Assembly (NCBI GenBank): GCA_044226015.1
Contig: JBGAHS010000001.1
Location: forward strand, 864,001-928,000
DNA from: Candidatus Obscuribacteraceae bacterium
GTDB taxonomy: Bacteria; Cyanobacteriota; Vampirovibrionia; Obscuribacterales; Obscuribacteraceae
Reading direction: 5' to 3'
DNA: 64,000 bases
In this document: positions 41,830 to 52,439 of the stretch, piece by piece
How the letters are laid out: the number at the start of each line of letters is the position of its first letter
Position numbering within the stretch: position 1 is the stretch's first letter
Notes under the pieces: generated by a model
The model's input: only the letters and a program-made list of their open reading frames with translations
What the model was told of the DNA's origin: nothing
Databases searched by the model: none
Translations under genes and position numbers: made by a program

Positions 41830-44800
41830 TCAGACTGTAGGAATACTGAGGCTGTCGCGCTCTGTGCTCCTGTTTTTTTTCCAGCGTTGCCATCTCTCGG
41901 CTCGGTCGAGACGAGCACGTAGCGTTTGCAGGCTCACACCCTCAAGATGCTTTTGGGATTTCTCTTCGTGCAGGTCGCAGAGTAATTTTGCTAGCTTTGC
42001 GGCTTTCCCTTTGCCTTCAACTCTTTCCAGATAATTTCTTGTCTTCAAATTTTTGATGATGTACCCGCTGCTCACACAGCTGTCGTAGAAGAGTTCTAGT
42101 AAGGGAATGGGTGGCTTGCTGGCTGTCTGCAGCGGTAGCTCAGCAATGCAGATCTCTAATGCACGATGAACAAAATCCAGGTGCAATGGCGATACTCTCA
42201 TTGTCTCCTTAAGTGCTGAAACCCATCTTGATAGAGTTATCTTGCCTGTGCTGAGTACCTTTTCCATGTCCGTGCCAAACGCTACCGGGTCTATGCGGTT
42301 TTCTTCTATTGCCGCTATGCACGCATCTAACGCCAATCTCGCCTGGTCTGCTTGTTTTGCCGATAAAGCAAAGACTAAAATCCACGCGCCCATTTTGTGT
42401 AAAGGCAAATCGGGGTCAAAAACACAGTTCCACGAACTCTTCCAATACTCGCCCTGGCTGTCCATGAAAAGCGCCGTTCTTCTGCCCAGATACGCGAAAT
42501 AGGGCTCGCGATTTTGTAGGAAGTAGTATTCCAATATGTCATTGCCATCGAAAAATCCTGTGCGATCGTGAATTAGTTCAATTGGAAAAAATCTCAAGTT
42601 CGCTCTTGGTACTACCTTTGGTGACACCTGAAGTGGCAAAAGGTCTTCTGCCTGCTGATTCCATGTAAAGATTCTGTCTTCTCTTTTTTTGAACTCCTCC
42701 ATGCTGTCGTGGTATTTTGCTGCGATTGCCGAGTCTGGACCCAGCCCAGGAAAAGAGTTGTTCAGTAGCTCGCTGCTTCCAAAAGGGTCACGGCATCGGA
42801 ATGCTGCAATCCAGAGTTCTGGCGTCTTCAGTGAGCCTGTAATCTCTGCGCCGAAAGCGTAAGCAATTGCTCTAGTGATTTCGTCAGCAGCAGCAGGCAA
42901 TTTGACGCCGCTGCGTCCATCAGGCGCAAGCCTGAGCATCATTTGAATCACATCCGTCATTAGAAGTGGAACATCCGCATTTTTCCATGCCTGTATTCTT
43001 TCTGGAATAACCTGTGGGTCTATCCAGCCTCCAGCGTGAGTAGGAGCCGAAAGCAAAGGCAGCGAAACTCTCTTGTTGATAATTTTCAATATTTCTTTTA
43101 GGCGCTCTGAAAAGAAACTCAGAGGCATCGCTTTGCCTAGATTGAAATCTGATGAGGGCTTTAGATAGTCAGGAATAAGGTTCAAATCATCAGTGATTCC
43201 GATAGTTTTGAGAACCTTTGTGAACAGACCTGATGGATTTCCAGGCGCTTTTACATCCATCCATCCGAGCGCAAGAGCTTGAAGGTCAAACTGATAGGAA
43301 AAGCCTCCGAATGCTTGTAGCGGGCGGGGAAACTGTGTCAGATTCATCTCCGTATTCGCTACTTTCTTTCGTAGTGATGAAACCCTGTTTTCAAAATCTA
43401 GAGGACGAATATTGTTGAGTCTAGCGATGCCATCGAGTAATCGTTCGATATCATCGCAGTTAGCTGTGCCCTCAAGAATATGCAGGTATAGGAATATCAA
43501 ATCGTCGAGATTCTCAACTGGAGTCATTCGTTTGTCTGGGTTGAGGCGAGGGTAGTCGTTGGATTCCGACCAGTCAATTACACCAATTGCTTCAGCAGCT
43601 TCGATCGCGTTGAACGCAGAGCTCACACCTGCAATATCTAGAAATCTCTCTTCCAGTGCTGAGGCTTGAGCCTTTAGTCTCTCAATTTGATTTGCAAAAT
43701 CTGTTGTTGAAATGCTTGCATTCATTTCTTCTTGAGCTGGCTTTGCACTTGTAGTATCTACCTGCATGTGCACTGCACCGGCGGAAGCTATACTGCCTCC
43801 TACGTGCGAAATTGAATCTTGAGATGACTCGTGCATTGCGGCTGTCCCTTTTTTCTTGAAAGGAACGATGTTTCCCTCTGCACCGATTGGAATTGGCAGT
43901 ACGTCGTTGTTCTTATTGCTCAGGTCTTTTGTTGCTTCCTCTCCTTCTTTTGATTGAAGAATTTCGTTGAGCTCTTGCCTGACCAGGCCGCTCAATAGAT
44001 GCTGACGAGCTTCTAAAGCAGACTGTAGTTCGGGATTATTGACTTGTTTCGTTTTTTTCAAGAAAGACAAAACCTTTTTCTGCACCTCTGTGGAAGAGTG
44101 TTCAAGACCTTCTACGGCTGCAAGCGCAAGCTCTGTTGCTTTGCTCTTATCGTTTTGGTAGAGGCGGTCTAAGAATTTCAAAGCCGCGATAGCCGGGTCT
44201 TTTCGTTTGTGATAAAAAACGCGAGTCAGACTATTCAAAACGTCTTCGTTGGCTACATCGTCAAGCGGCAACCCGGCCACCTTATCTATAGCCCAGGTCA
44301 GAGTCGAGGTATCTTTTAGAGAAAGTAAGCTGAGATATGAGCTCGCGTGAGATGCTCTCTCTGTTTCGTTGCAATTGAGCTCGTCATGCAAGGTTTGAAA
44401 CCAGTTAGTCGGTGCAAATTCTCCCATCAAACCGCTTGATGATTTTGACTCTGAGTCTGCGGCGAGTCTTGCAAGCCAGTGAAAGCAAATTTCCATCAAA
44501 CGCAATTTGATTTGCTCGTCGCGTTTTGAAAGTTCGACTAATGCCAGTTTCCATAAGTAAGTAGCGCGTCTGTTGTTTTCTGCCAGGTGCGATAAGAGTC
44601 CCCATTGTTCCCTACCGCCGCCTCTAACCAGCTGCTGTGTGGTGGCTGTAGGGTCGGTGAGTCCGCGAATTGCTCGGTCGTTTTCGAGCATCTTCCAGAG
44701 CATTTCGTCTTTCATCTCAGCATCGCTGAGAATATACGATGCTAAATCATCCGGTTGCATTTGCCCCAGCTCGAGCGCCATTCCAAGCCAGAAACCGTCG

Positions 44801-45309
44801 CCGTGTTCTATTTTGATGCCTTCTTCTCGTTCTATTTTGCGCGTATAGTTCCAGCAAACGTGAGGCGCCGAGTCGCAGGCATGGTTTAGCCACTTATCGA
44901 ACCATTTGGGCTTTCGCTCTTTCATAATCGCAAAGGCGTGCTCTGGTGTTCGTACTCCTATTTTTCGTAATTGAGGCAAAGCAGAGCAGCCCAGCATCGA
45001 TAGCTCGGCTAACACAATGCACTGAGGCTGACGAAACTTTGTTGATATTTTTATTTCCTTTGCATCTACTTTTTTTAGAAGAGCTATTTGGTTTTGGGTT
45101 CGTTTAGGCAAGAATTCGTTGCCATTCATCCAGCCCATAGAGCCATTCCACATGCTTGTTTCACGGTGAGCAACACAAAGATCGTGCCAGAGTTCCGCTC
45201 GCTCAGAAAAACTCTTTCGTTCACTATCTTTCATTCCAGCAAAGAAGCTTACGCAATTTTCTGGGTCAAAGCTGCAAATCATTGCATCAAAGTCTTCAGT
45301 TGTTTTCAC
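41830..45309 (-). CDS. Large alpha-helical DUF6493-like protein
   Basis: 1159 aa; HEAT-like central region, IERLLDGIARL, PLLSAPTHAGGWIDP...DVIQMMLRL; GTG start after AGAGGT. Confidence 0.75.
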   Translation of the reverse strand: MKTTEDFDAMICSFDPENCVSFFAGMKDSERKSFSERAELWHDLCVAHRETSMWNGSMGWMNGNEFLPKRTQNQIALLKKVDAKEIKISTKFRQPQCIVLAELSMLGCSALPQLRKIGVRTPEHAFAIMKERKPKWFDKWLNHACDSAPHVCWNYTRKIEREEGIKIEHGDGFWLGMALELGQMQPDDLASYILSDAEMKDEMLWKMLENDRAIRGLTDPTATTQQLVRGGGREQWGLLSHLAENNRRATYLWKLALVELSKRDEQIKLRLMEICFHWLARLAADSESKSSSGLMGEFAPTNWFQTLHDELNCNETERASHASSYLSLLSLKDTSTLTWAIDKVAGLPLDDVANEDVLNSLTRVFYHKRKDPAIAALKFLDRLYQNDKSKATELALAAVEGLEHSSTEVQKKVLSFLKKTKQVNNPELQSALEARQHLLSGLVRQELNEILQSKEGEEATKDLSNKNNDVLPIPIGAEGNIVPFKKKGTAAMHESSQDSISHVGGSIASAGAVHMQVDTTSAKPAQEEMNASISTTDFANQIERLKAQASALEERFLDIAGVSSAFNAIEAAEAIGVIDWSESNDYPRLNPDKRMTPVENLDDLIFLYLHILEGTANCDDIERLLDGIARLNNIRPLDFENRVSSLRKKVANTEMNLTQFPRPLQAFGGFSYQFDLQALALGWMDVKAPGNPSGLFTKVLKTIGITDDLNLIPDYLKPSSDFNLGKAMPLSFFSERLKEILKIINKRVSLPLLSAPTHAGGWIDPQVIPERIQAWKNADVPLLMTDVIQMMLRLAPDGRSGVKLPAAADEITRAIAYAFGAEITGSLKTPELWIAAFRCRDPFGSSELLNNSFPGLGPDSAIAAKYHDSMEEFKKREDRIFTWNQQAEDLLPLQVSPKVVPRANLRFFPIELIHDRTGFFDGNDILEYYFLQNREPYFAYLGRRTALFMDSQGEYWKSSWNCVFDPDLPLHKMGAWILVFALSAKQADQARLALDACIAAIEENRIDPVAFGTDMEKVLSTGKITLSRWVSALKETMRVSPLHLDFVHRALEICIAELPLQTASKPPIPLLELFYDSCVSSGYIIKNLKTRNYLERVEGKGKAAKLAKLLCDLHEEKSQKHLEGVSLQTLRARLDRAERWQRWKKNRSTERDSLSIPTV

Positions 45310-45321
45310 GCTTACCTCTAT

Positions 45322-46686
45322 TCAAGCTTGCTCAGAAGCGACAATGTCCACCGCAAGAATGTGGCTGCACGGTCCGCGCTCTCCTGGGTGTTTTGAGTAC
45401 CAGGGACAGGTACATTTAGCCTCTCCATCGTTGATGAGGACACGGTGTTCGGCGCCTTCGCCTTTCACATATGCTTCAATTTTTTCGTCTGATCTTACAG
45501 GAATGCGCACAGCATTTTCTTCGACGAGTTTTTTCGCTTTCACTAAGCGAGGTTGTAAATCTGAAACAAGGTCGAGGTCAAATGGAAGTTCTCGATGAAA
45601 GTATTTCCCTTCAGTCAAATCGTAGCCAACTAGACCTCTAGTTCCTAGCATCGATAGACCCGACAAGACCGCTTCGTTATCGCTTCCTGTGGCCGCGGCA
45701 AGTACTTTGGGATCAATCTTTGCCTGCCATTGAAGTTGCGCACGAAGCTTTGCTAAGGTTTCGTCGCTGGCATCATTTGTCAGGTGATTTAGGGCTTGCC
45801 CTTCGCCGGAAAATCCGCGCGAAGCATCTGGACTCAAGATGAAGTGAAAAGAACACTCTGGCGTAACCAATTCCCATCCAGACACCCCCTGCGTGCCAGA
45901 ATAAACGCGGACCACTTGTGCGTGTCGGAGTATGTCCTCCATGATTTTTAGTCGACCAACCGCTCCTACAGCGACTCCTTGAGCGTGCTCTCGTTGCGAA
46001 ATACGAACTCCTTTTCCGGCTGGAACCAAATATGATACCGCTCCTCTTTGCCAGGTTTGATGCTGAGGCAGCGAACTGAGTAAACGCCTGAACTCTGACG
46101 CGGGAACCTCAAAAGCCGGTTTCAATTTTGACTGATACAGTTGTACCTCAACAAAGCCTTTTAACCATCTAACAGGCAACTTCACCTTCTTCTCGACTAC
46201 TTTGCCTTGTGCCCGTTCCAGTTCGACACCGTCGGCCCCAACATTCAGTCCTACTTGTTCGGAGTTGAGGATGCCCGCTAAAGCAGCCCTCATCGGTGGG
46301 TTGAAGTCTACGTTTGTTGTGCCCCTTCCCATCCAATCGCCATCTATAGCGTTAGGATTTAGGTCCAGTCGGCAATATGCTCCGCAGCAAACTGAAAATG
46401 CTTCGAAGCGCAGGCGGTCTCCACCGCTGGTGACGACCGGGTCTGCAGCTGCCAGCAGCCGCTCACGGAGTTCTCCAGGATGAAAAAATCTGCTGCGACT
46501 GATAAGCGAACAGGCTAAAAGCATATCCGCAGTGCGCCTGGGCTGTGTCATTCTGCCCTGGAAAAAATAGGGGTTCTGAGCGACTCCCCCACTCGTTGCC
46601 AGTCGCAAGCGCGGCTTGCCTGCACTTGTGTCTAGCAAAGAGGGGAAAGCATAGAGATATTGGACTTGAACCGTCGCAGAAGCCAT
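45322..46686 (-). CDS. SWIM zinc-finger family protein
   Basis: C-terminal CTCPW...GPCSHILA (CxC...CxH); conserved-looking blocks DPVVT, LRFEAFSVCCG, GTTNVDFN, LPVRWLKGF, RGFSGEG, YFHRELPF. Confidence 0.88.
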   Translation of the reverse strand: MASATVQVQYLYAFPSLLDTSAGKPRLRLATSGGVAQNPYFFQGRMTQPRRTADMLLACSLISRSRFFHPGELRERLLAAADPVVTSGGDRLRFEAFSVCCGAYCRLDLNPNAIDGDWMGRGTTNVDFNPPMRAALAGILNSEQVGLNVGADGVELERAQGKVVEKKVKLPVRWLKGFVEVQLYQSKLKPAFEVPASEFRRLLSSLPQHQTWQRGAVSYLVPAGKGVRISQREHAQGVAVGAVGRLKIMEDILRHAQVVRVYSGTQGVSGWELVTPECSFHFILSPDASRGFSGEGQALNHLTNDASDETLAKLRAQLQWQAKIDPKVLAAATGSDNEAVLSGLSMLGTRGLVGYDLTEGKYFHRELPFDLDLVSDLQPRLVKAKKLVEENAVRIPVRSDEKIEAYVKGEGAEHRVLINDGEAKCTCPWYSKHPGERGPCSHILAVDIVASEQA

Positions 46687-46767
46687 GTTTTGTTTCCTAT
46701 ACGTCTTATGATTAATGTGCCACTGGCAAAATCCATATAACGTATTGTGGTCATCTGAACGGCTAAT

Positions 46768-49749
46768 TTATTTTGTCTCGAACTCTGTGTCGAGCTCGAA
46801 GAAGTGCGAATTTGGGAGTGATAGATCGAGTGAAGGTTGACTGCGTAGCTCTACTTTCATGTTTCGAAACTCAACAGCTCCTTTGCCTTTAAAGACACCA
46901 TAGTCCAGAACTTCCCACCATGGACGCCCCAGGAAATTCAGCCGTACATTAGTCATTTCAATGGGAGTGGCTAGCATCTTGCCGTCGGCGTCCAGAGTTC
47001 TGATTGGTTGTGTCACTTCCTCAAACGAAAACTCACGCCACTCTTTCTTGGCTTCCAACACCTGCGGTGCCAGCGGTGCAAACTCGTCAAACATACGCTC
47101 GCCCTGCTTGAACGTCTCTAGTAAAGCAATTGATGCACGAGTGTTCTCTGCTTTTGCCCGCAGCTGTCCTGAGACTTTTATGCGAAGTGATTGTGATGGC
47201 AGCGCTCGAAGGTCTCGCATGAAAGTCTCAAGAGAGATGTTCGCAAGACCGAGTCTGTTTTTTGCGTTAATCAGCTGATCAGCAAGATCAATGGTTCGAA
47301 CCCACAACTCGGGTGGCGACGGATCGAGAACGCCCAGTAAATATGCTCTGGGCTTCAGATGGGTGGCTTCTCCACCCATGGAAAATAGTTCCAGTCCTTT
47401 GTTGTTAGTCTTGGGCCATTCGTCAAGCCGCAGCTCTCCCGGACAATCTGCAAAAAATCCTTTTGTCCAGGAGAAGTTACGCAGAGAGACTGTATGTATG
47501 CGGTTTCCCATAGCATCCGTGAAGTCAGCAAATATCTTGGGACGTGCTTTATCATTTTCTTTCAGGCTGAATACAAATTTGTTTTCCCCTGGTGAAACTA
47601 TATTTTCTGTTGGCAAAGCTGTGCTAATCCACTGGCGGAAGTCGCTGCAGCGCTTGCTCGACGAGTAGCCGAACACGGCAAAGTACATTGCCTCGCCACG
47701 CATGCTGCGGTCAAGATTTAGTAGTGGAATCCAATCTGGTTTCAGGTCTCGTCCGTTGGCTTGCAGATTCAACCCGGAAAGAATGGCTAGGTCTCTTTCT
47801 GGAACGCTGTGTGAGGAAGCATCATTTGCATCTATCACTAAATACCAACGATTGTAATTGCTTCCCGTCGGAATATTGATTTTTGCCACCATTCTGTCAC
47901 GATCGACCGAGCCCATTTTGATTACGGCTTCGCTCGCCATAAACTGATGCGAGACAGTAATGAAGCAACAAAATCCTGTAATGAGAGCAAATGCACAAAG
48001 CAGTAGTTTTGATCTTCCGCCACGGAAGAACGTAAACGCAGGAATCAAAATTCCACAGCTGAGGACAATTGTCATAAACAGCCCGGCGCAGACTGAGAGT
48101 GGAGCCAGCCCCATGTCGCAGCTGAGGTCTGAAATGCGACCATAGCCCGGCACCAGCAGGTAATACAGGAGCATCGACACGAGAGGCGCTGCGATGAGAG
48201 CTGCCAGCGGAATTAGTGCTTCCTTTTTACGCTTGAGCAAGTTACTCAAGAAATAAGACGCCGCAACTATACCTACAGGCATCGCCGTTATGTAATATCG
48301 ACTCATTGAAATGAAGGCGCATGATACAAGGTGGAAACACATGAAGACGCCAATCAATAAGCCGGTGAGCAAGAGCACGTAATCTGGTCGCTTTCTGCCA
48401 TGTTCGAGCAATAGAGTTATGCCTAATACTGCAGCTAGAAGGATCAATTGATGCTCAAATCTCTGTAACAGAATGGGCACAGCAAACGTCTTTACTTGAA
48501 AGTCGTTCCAGGGCGAATCTATGAGTCTGGCTGGCTTTCTGAGCATCAGGTCGACTACAGCAGCTGGTCTGGTATTGAGCTGATCTAAAATTCCATGGAC
48601 TACTTCACCCATAGATTTTTCAAATTGTTCAGGGTGTTGCACCAGCGGTGATGGCAGTGCGTCGAACCCATCTGTTCGTAAATTCATGCCTTGTGATAGG
48701 TTGAGTGGTCCATAGCGATCAATCATGACCGATGGCTTGCCGCTCAATACTTGTCTTGTCATTGCCCATGGAGTCAAACAAACGCTCACCCCGAGCAAGA
48801 AAGCAACTATTGCTGCTGGGTGAAATAGGCGCTTGTTTCGGCTAAGGGAAGCGACCAATAGCAAACAAAAGCACATCATCGCTGGCCAGGGTAAGAGGGT
48901 TGGGCGTCCTAGCATCAACATGCCAGTGCAGCAGCCAGCTACCGCTGCCAACCCGAAAGCCCTCATTCCAAATCTATTTTTCTTGCGTTCTTCGCTTAAC
49001 TTTGCTACTGATGGAAATTCCTCTGAACTCGCCTCAGCCACCGCTGCTGCTGCATATTCTTTGCGAATATCGTCGGGTTGAATCAGCATCTCCTGTCGTT
49101 TGCGTTCTTGATGTCGAGCATAAAGAAAGACGCTGTAGAGAGCAAAAATTGAAATGCTCGTAGCTGGAATTTCAGTCAAAATTCTGCCGGCGTTTGCAAG
49201 AAAACCACTGTAAGTGATGGCTAAAATTGCAGCTATTCTGCCTGCCATGGTGCCGCCGAGAGACCGAGCAAATGCCCAGATGCCAACGCAACACGATGCT
49301 AAGCAAATGATCATTGCCAACGCTCCAACGTTCCAATTTGGCATGATGAGAGCCTTGCCTGAAACGCCGTACGCTATGAGCAGAATTAGTGGCAAAAGAG
49401 GACCAGACTTTTGCAACTCAAGAATTCCAGGAACGTGCGAAACGATTGCAGTCCTCAATACATCATCGTGACAGGCACCAGCAAAATAGCGGCAAACATC
49501 CGCAAGATTCTCTCGGTGCAAGAGCTGTTGGCACGATTGGGTTATCCAAAGATAGCCCTGCGAATCAAAAAGAAGTGAGGTATATGGGCCAAAATGAAAG
49601 ACCTGAAGATAGAATGCGCAGGATGCAGCGGCGAACACTTTCAAGGCTTCAATAAGATAACCTTGCGCTAGTGATCCGATTCTAAGCGGCGAATTAGTGC
49701 TGCTTTCGGATGCCTCTGACTTAGCATCTTCAGGCATAACGATGTTCAC
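46768..49749 (-). CDS. GT-C fold (ArnT/PMT-like) glycosyltransferase with large C-terminal extracytoplasmic domain
   Basis: Many TMs; FDSQGY loop, ILTEIP, LGRPT, PWAMTR...GPLNLSQG, SRYYITAMP; 4-bp overlap with the upstream gene. Confidence 0.65.
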   Translation of the reverse strand: MNIVMPEDAKSEASESSTNSPLRIGSLAQGYLIEALKVFAAASCAFYLQVFHFGPYTSLLFDSQGYLWITQSCQQLLHRENLADVCRYFAGACHDDVLRTAIVSHVPGILELQKSGPLLPLILLIAYGVSGKALIMPNWNVGALAMIICLASCCVGIWAFARSLGGTMAGRIAAILAITYSGFLANAGRILTEIPATSISIFALYSVFLYARHQERKRQEMLIQPDDIRKEYAAAAVAEASSEEFPSVAKLSEERKKNRFGMRAFGLAAVAGCCTGMLMLGRPTLLPWPAMMCFCLLLVASLSRNKRLFHPAAIVAFLLGVSVCLTPWAMTRQVLSGKPSVMIDRYGPLNLSQGMNLRTDGFDALPSPLVQHPEQFEKSMGEVVHGILDQLNTRPAAVVDLMLRKPARLIDSPWNDFQVKTFAVPILLQRFEHQLILLAAVLGITLLLEHGRKRPDYVLLLTGLLIGVFMCFHLVSCAFISMSRYYITAMPVGIVAASYFLSNLLKRKKEALIPLAALIAAPLVSMLLYYLLVPGYGRISDLSCDMGLAPLSVCAGLFMTIVLSCGILIPAFTFFRGGRSKLLLCAFALITGFCCFITVSHQFMASEAVIKMGSVDRDRMVAKINIPTGSNYNRWYLVIDANDASSHSVPERDLAILSGLNLQANGRDLKPDWIPLLNLDRSMRGEAMYFAVFGYSSSKRCSDFRQWISTALPTENIVSPGENKFVFSLKENDKARPKIFADFTDAMGNRIHTVSLRNFSWTKGFFADCPGELRLDEWPKTNNKGLELFSMGGEATHLKPRAYLLGVLDPSPPELWVRTIDLADQLINAKNRLGLANISLETFMRDLRALPSQSLRIKVSGQLRAKAENTRASIALLETFKQGERMFDEFAPLAPQVLEAKKEWREFSFEEVTQPIRTLDADGKMLATPIEMTNVRLNFLGRPWWEVLDYGVFKGKGAVEFRNMKVELRSQPSLDLSLPNSHFFELDTEFETK

Positions 49750-50978
49750 TGCCAGCTGCCATTCTTATCAAAAGCAAGACTCGACCCGTTTGTGAGTTTG
49801 TCTGCAAGTGCGCTAAAGAATTTCAGTCCACCCTTGCCAGTCATGTGTGCCGTATCGCAATATAGGCTCTTGTCGAAAGTTTTGCTGTCCTGCAAATCAA
49901 CAAATTGCGTGTGGTATTTGCTTGCCAGCTCGTTGACGCTCTTCTTGTACAGGTCATATGCACCCGGTGGCATAAGATTGATATTGTCTTGAGTGAGCGG
50001 CATGTTTACCAGCATTACGCTGATGCCCTGTTGCTCACAAAATGAAAGGAACTTCTCAAAATAACTAAGTTGCATTTTGAAGTCTTTCATCTTTAGAGGT
50101 TGGTAGCGCTTTCTGTACTCGTCGCTATTATCAGTGTAGTGAGCCTCTAAATTTGGAAGGGCTATTCTCTCGTTAGAGCCGATGTCCTCCGGCAATTCCA
50201 GTAATGCAAGTCTGCGCAATGCAAAAGGTGTATGAACTTCTTCGGTAGGTTTATATCCAATCAATCGGAGTAAACCTTTTGCATAATGCTGCTGCAAGTA
50301 AACAAAATAGTTGCGATGGTCATAGAGACTGCTGGCATTCTCGGCAACGTATTCCACTTTTTCCCAGAGTGAACCGCGCGCTTGCCATGCCACATCTCGA
50401 GTTCCACCAAGTTTGCTCATAAAGCGGAATATCTCAGTACTCGCTGGGCTTCCCAATGTGTTGTCCATGAAGTCGCGTGGCGCAATTCCATACACGATTA
50501 CCTTCGGTTTTCGCTCGCCTTGAAACAAGGTGCTGCTCAAGACGTAGGCATCAGACGCCATTTGACCTGCCAGCGCAAAAGCAAACGAATTCACCTTTAC
50601 GCCAGTTTTCTTTTGAATCAAATCTTCCAGCATCTCTGCTTTATGGTGATAAACTTCGTTCTGCGGAAGTTTCAAATACTCCGCATCGCCACCGTGAAGC
50701 GCATGCATCAAGAGGCTTGAGCCAATCAAGACAATGTCAGGGTTGGTTTTCTGGCGGCGAAAATCGTCTACCGTCCACCAGACCATACTTCGGTTTGGCG
50801 ATGCATAATGATCAAGTTTCAGATTGTTCCAGTTGATTTTGCAGAATAGGTCAACTACAAGCAATGCTGCTAATGCCCACATGGCATAGCTGGAAAAGAC
50901 CCAAGAACCTCCGCTCTTTGGCTCTGGCACCACCTGCGGTGCTACAGCTTCCTTCTTTATTTCAGTTGCCGTTGGCAT
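49746..50978 (-). CDS. SGNH-like DltD/AlgJ-type protein (DUF1574-like)
   Basis: N-terminal TM, VLIGSSL (catalytic Ser block), VNMPLT, YCDTAH (DxxH). Confidence 0.78.
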   Translation of the reverse strand: MPTATEIKKEAVAPQVVPEPKSGGSWVFSSYAMWALAALLVVDLFCKINWNNLKLDHYASPNRSMVWWTVDDFRRQKTNPDIVLIGSSLLMHALHGGDAEYLKLPQNEVYHHKAEMLEDLIQKKTGVKVNSFAFALAGQMASDAYVLSSTLFQGERKPKVIVYGIAPRDFMDNTLGSPASTEIFRFMSKLGGTRDVAWQARGSLWEKVEYVAENASSLYDHRNYFVYLQQHYAKGLLRLIGYKPTEEVHTPFALRRLALLELPEDIGSNERIALPNLEAHYTDNSDEYRKRYQPLKMKDFKMQLSYFEKFLSFCEQQGISVMLVNMPLTQDNINLMPPGAYDLYKKSVNELASKYHTQFVDLQDSKTFDKSLYCDTAHMTGKGGLKFFSALADKLTNGSSLAFDKNGSWQ

Positions 50979-50990
50979 TTGATTCGACCC

Positions 50991-52439
50991 TTAGAATTGG
51001 AAGTAGATGAAACGCGGTGATTTGTCTGGTGAGAAGGTCAGAATGATGAACATCATTGCAAAACAGTAAATAGCTTTGACAGGCTTTGGAATGTTCATCA
51101 GAATGTTCTTTTCCTTCACATAGTTCATTGCAAAATGGCTTACTGCTAGGACCGGCAATAATAAGAAGACCGAAGGATAAACCAATGGATAGTTGATTGC
51201 AGGAAGGTTCATCGCCAGCGCAGAACCGCTAGAAGCTGGTGCCAGGAAGAACATTTTCTGCAAAATTGCAAAGCATGACTCTGTAGTCTCAGCGCGGAAA
51301 AATACCCAGCCAATACAAACTGAATGGAATGTCAGCAAAATAGAGAACGCTTTTCCAATTTGCGACTTGAAGAAAGCATCAAGCACTGTGATTTTGCTTT
51401 TTACTGCCTGAAACTCTTTATGAGCTATCAATGCAATTCCCTGAAATGCACCCCAGAAGAGGTAGTGCATAGCTGCTCCGTGCCAGAGTCCGCCGAGCGC
51501 CATAGTCAAAAATAGGTTGCGATAATTCATCCACTTTCCGCAACGTGATCCACCTAATGGAATAAACAGGTAGTCACGCAACCAGGTTGAAAGCGAGATG
51601 TGCCAGCGATGCCAGAAATCAGCTATGTTGCAAGCGATGTATGGAAGATTGAAATTGATTGGAACTTTGTAGCCAAAAAGTTTTGCTGAACCGCGCGCTA
51701 CGTCGGTGTAGCCTGAAAAGTCGAAGTAAATCTGGAAAGCAAAAGCGTAAGTGAAGATCCATAAATCCGTGCCAGTGAATAGTTGTGGGTTGGCAAATCC
51801 ACCCTCAACAAAGAAAGAGAGATTGTCTGCAATCATCACCTTCTTAAATAGCCCAAGTAATATCAAGCTGATACCTTCGTCCAGGCAATCAGGGCTGAAT
51901 TTCGCTTTTGCAAGAAATTGCGGAACGAAATCTTGATAGCGCTTGATTGGTCCTGCGATTTGTGTTGGAAAAAAGCTGGCAAACAGTGAGAATCCCAGGA
52001 AAGAGCGAACCGGCTCACTTCCTTTATAGACGTCTACAACGTAGTGAATGAATTCGAAAACGAAGAAGGAGATGCCCAGCGGCAATATGATCTCAAAAGG
52101 AATTGCCGGAACATTCACGCCGGCTGGTTTCAGCATTGCTGATAAAGTTTCATCGAAGAAATATGCGTACTTGAAGTAGGCAAGTACGAGCAAGTTAGCT
52201 GTGACCGAGAAAATCATCCAGAACTTCTTGCGATGAGGCTGGTTAGCAATAAGCAGCCCTGCAAAATAGTTGAATACTGTGAGGCCCAGAATCAAGAAGA
52301 TATAGATCGGGCGCCAACTCATATAGAACACGTAGCTGGCGACGAGTAAAAGTGGAACACGCAATTTTTGCGGACAAATCCAAAACAGAATTGCCACTAT
52401 TGGAAGAAAGAGCGCATATTTGAGCGAGTTAAAAAGCAT
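50991..52439 (-). CDS. MBOAT O-acyltransferase (AlgI/PatA type)
   Basis: MLFNS, LPLGISFF, FFPTQIAGPI, QIYFDFSGYTD, FWHRWHISLSTWLRDY, GLWHGA, C-terminal FIYFQF. Confidence 0.95.
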   Translation of the reverse strand: MLFNSLKYALFLPIVAILFWICPQKLRVPLLLVASYVFYMSWRPIYIFLILGLTVFNYFAGLLIANQPHRKKFWMIFSVTANLLVLAYFKYAYFFDETLSAMLKPAGVNVPAIPFEIILPLGISFFVFEFIHYVVDVYKGSEPVRSFLGFSLFASFFPTQIAGPIKRYQDFVPQFLAKAKFSPDCLDEGISLILLGLFKKVMIADNLSFFVEGGFANPQLFTGTDLWIFTYAFAFQIYFDFSGYTDVARGSAKLFGYKVPINFNLPYIACNIADFWHRWHISLSTWLRDYLFIPLGGSRCGKWMNYRNLFLTMALGGLWHGAAMHYLFWGAFQGIALIAHKEFQAVKSKITVLDAFFKSQIGKAFSILLTFHSVCIGWVFFRAETTESCFAILQKMFFLAPASSGSALAMNLPAINYPLVYPSVFLLLPVLAVSHFAMNYVKEKNILMNIPKPVKAIYCFAMMFIILTFSPDKSPRFIYFQF

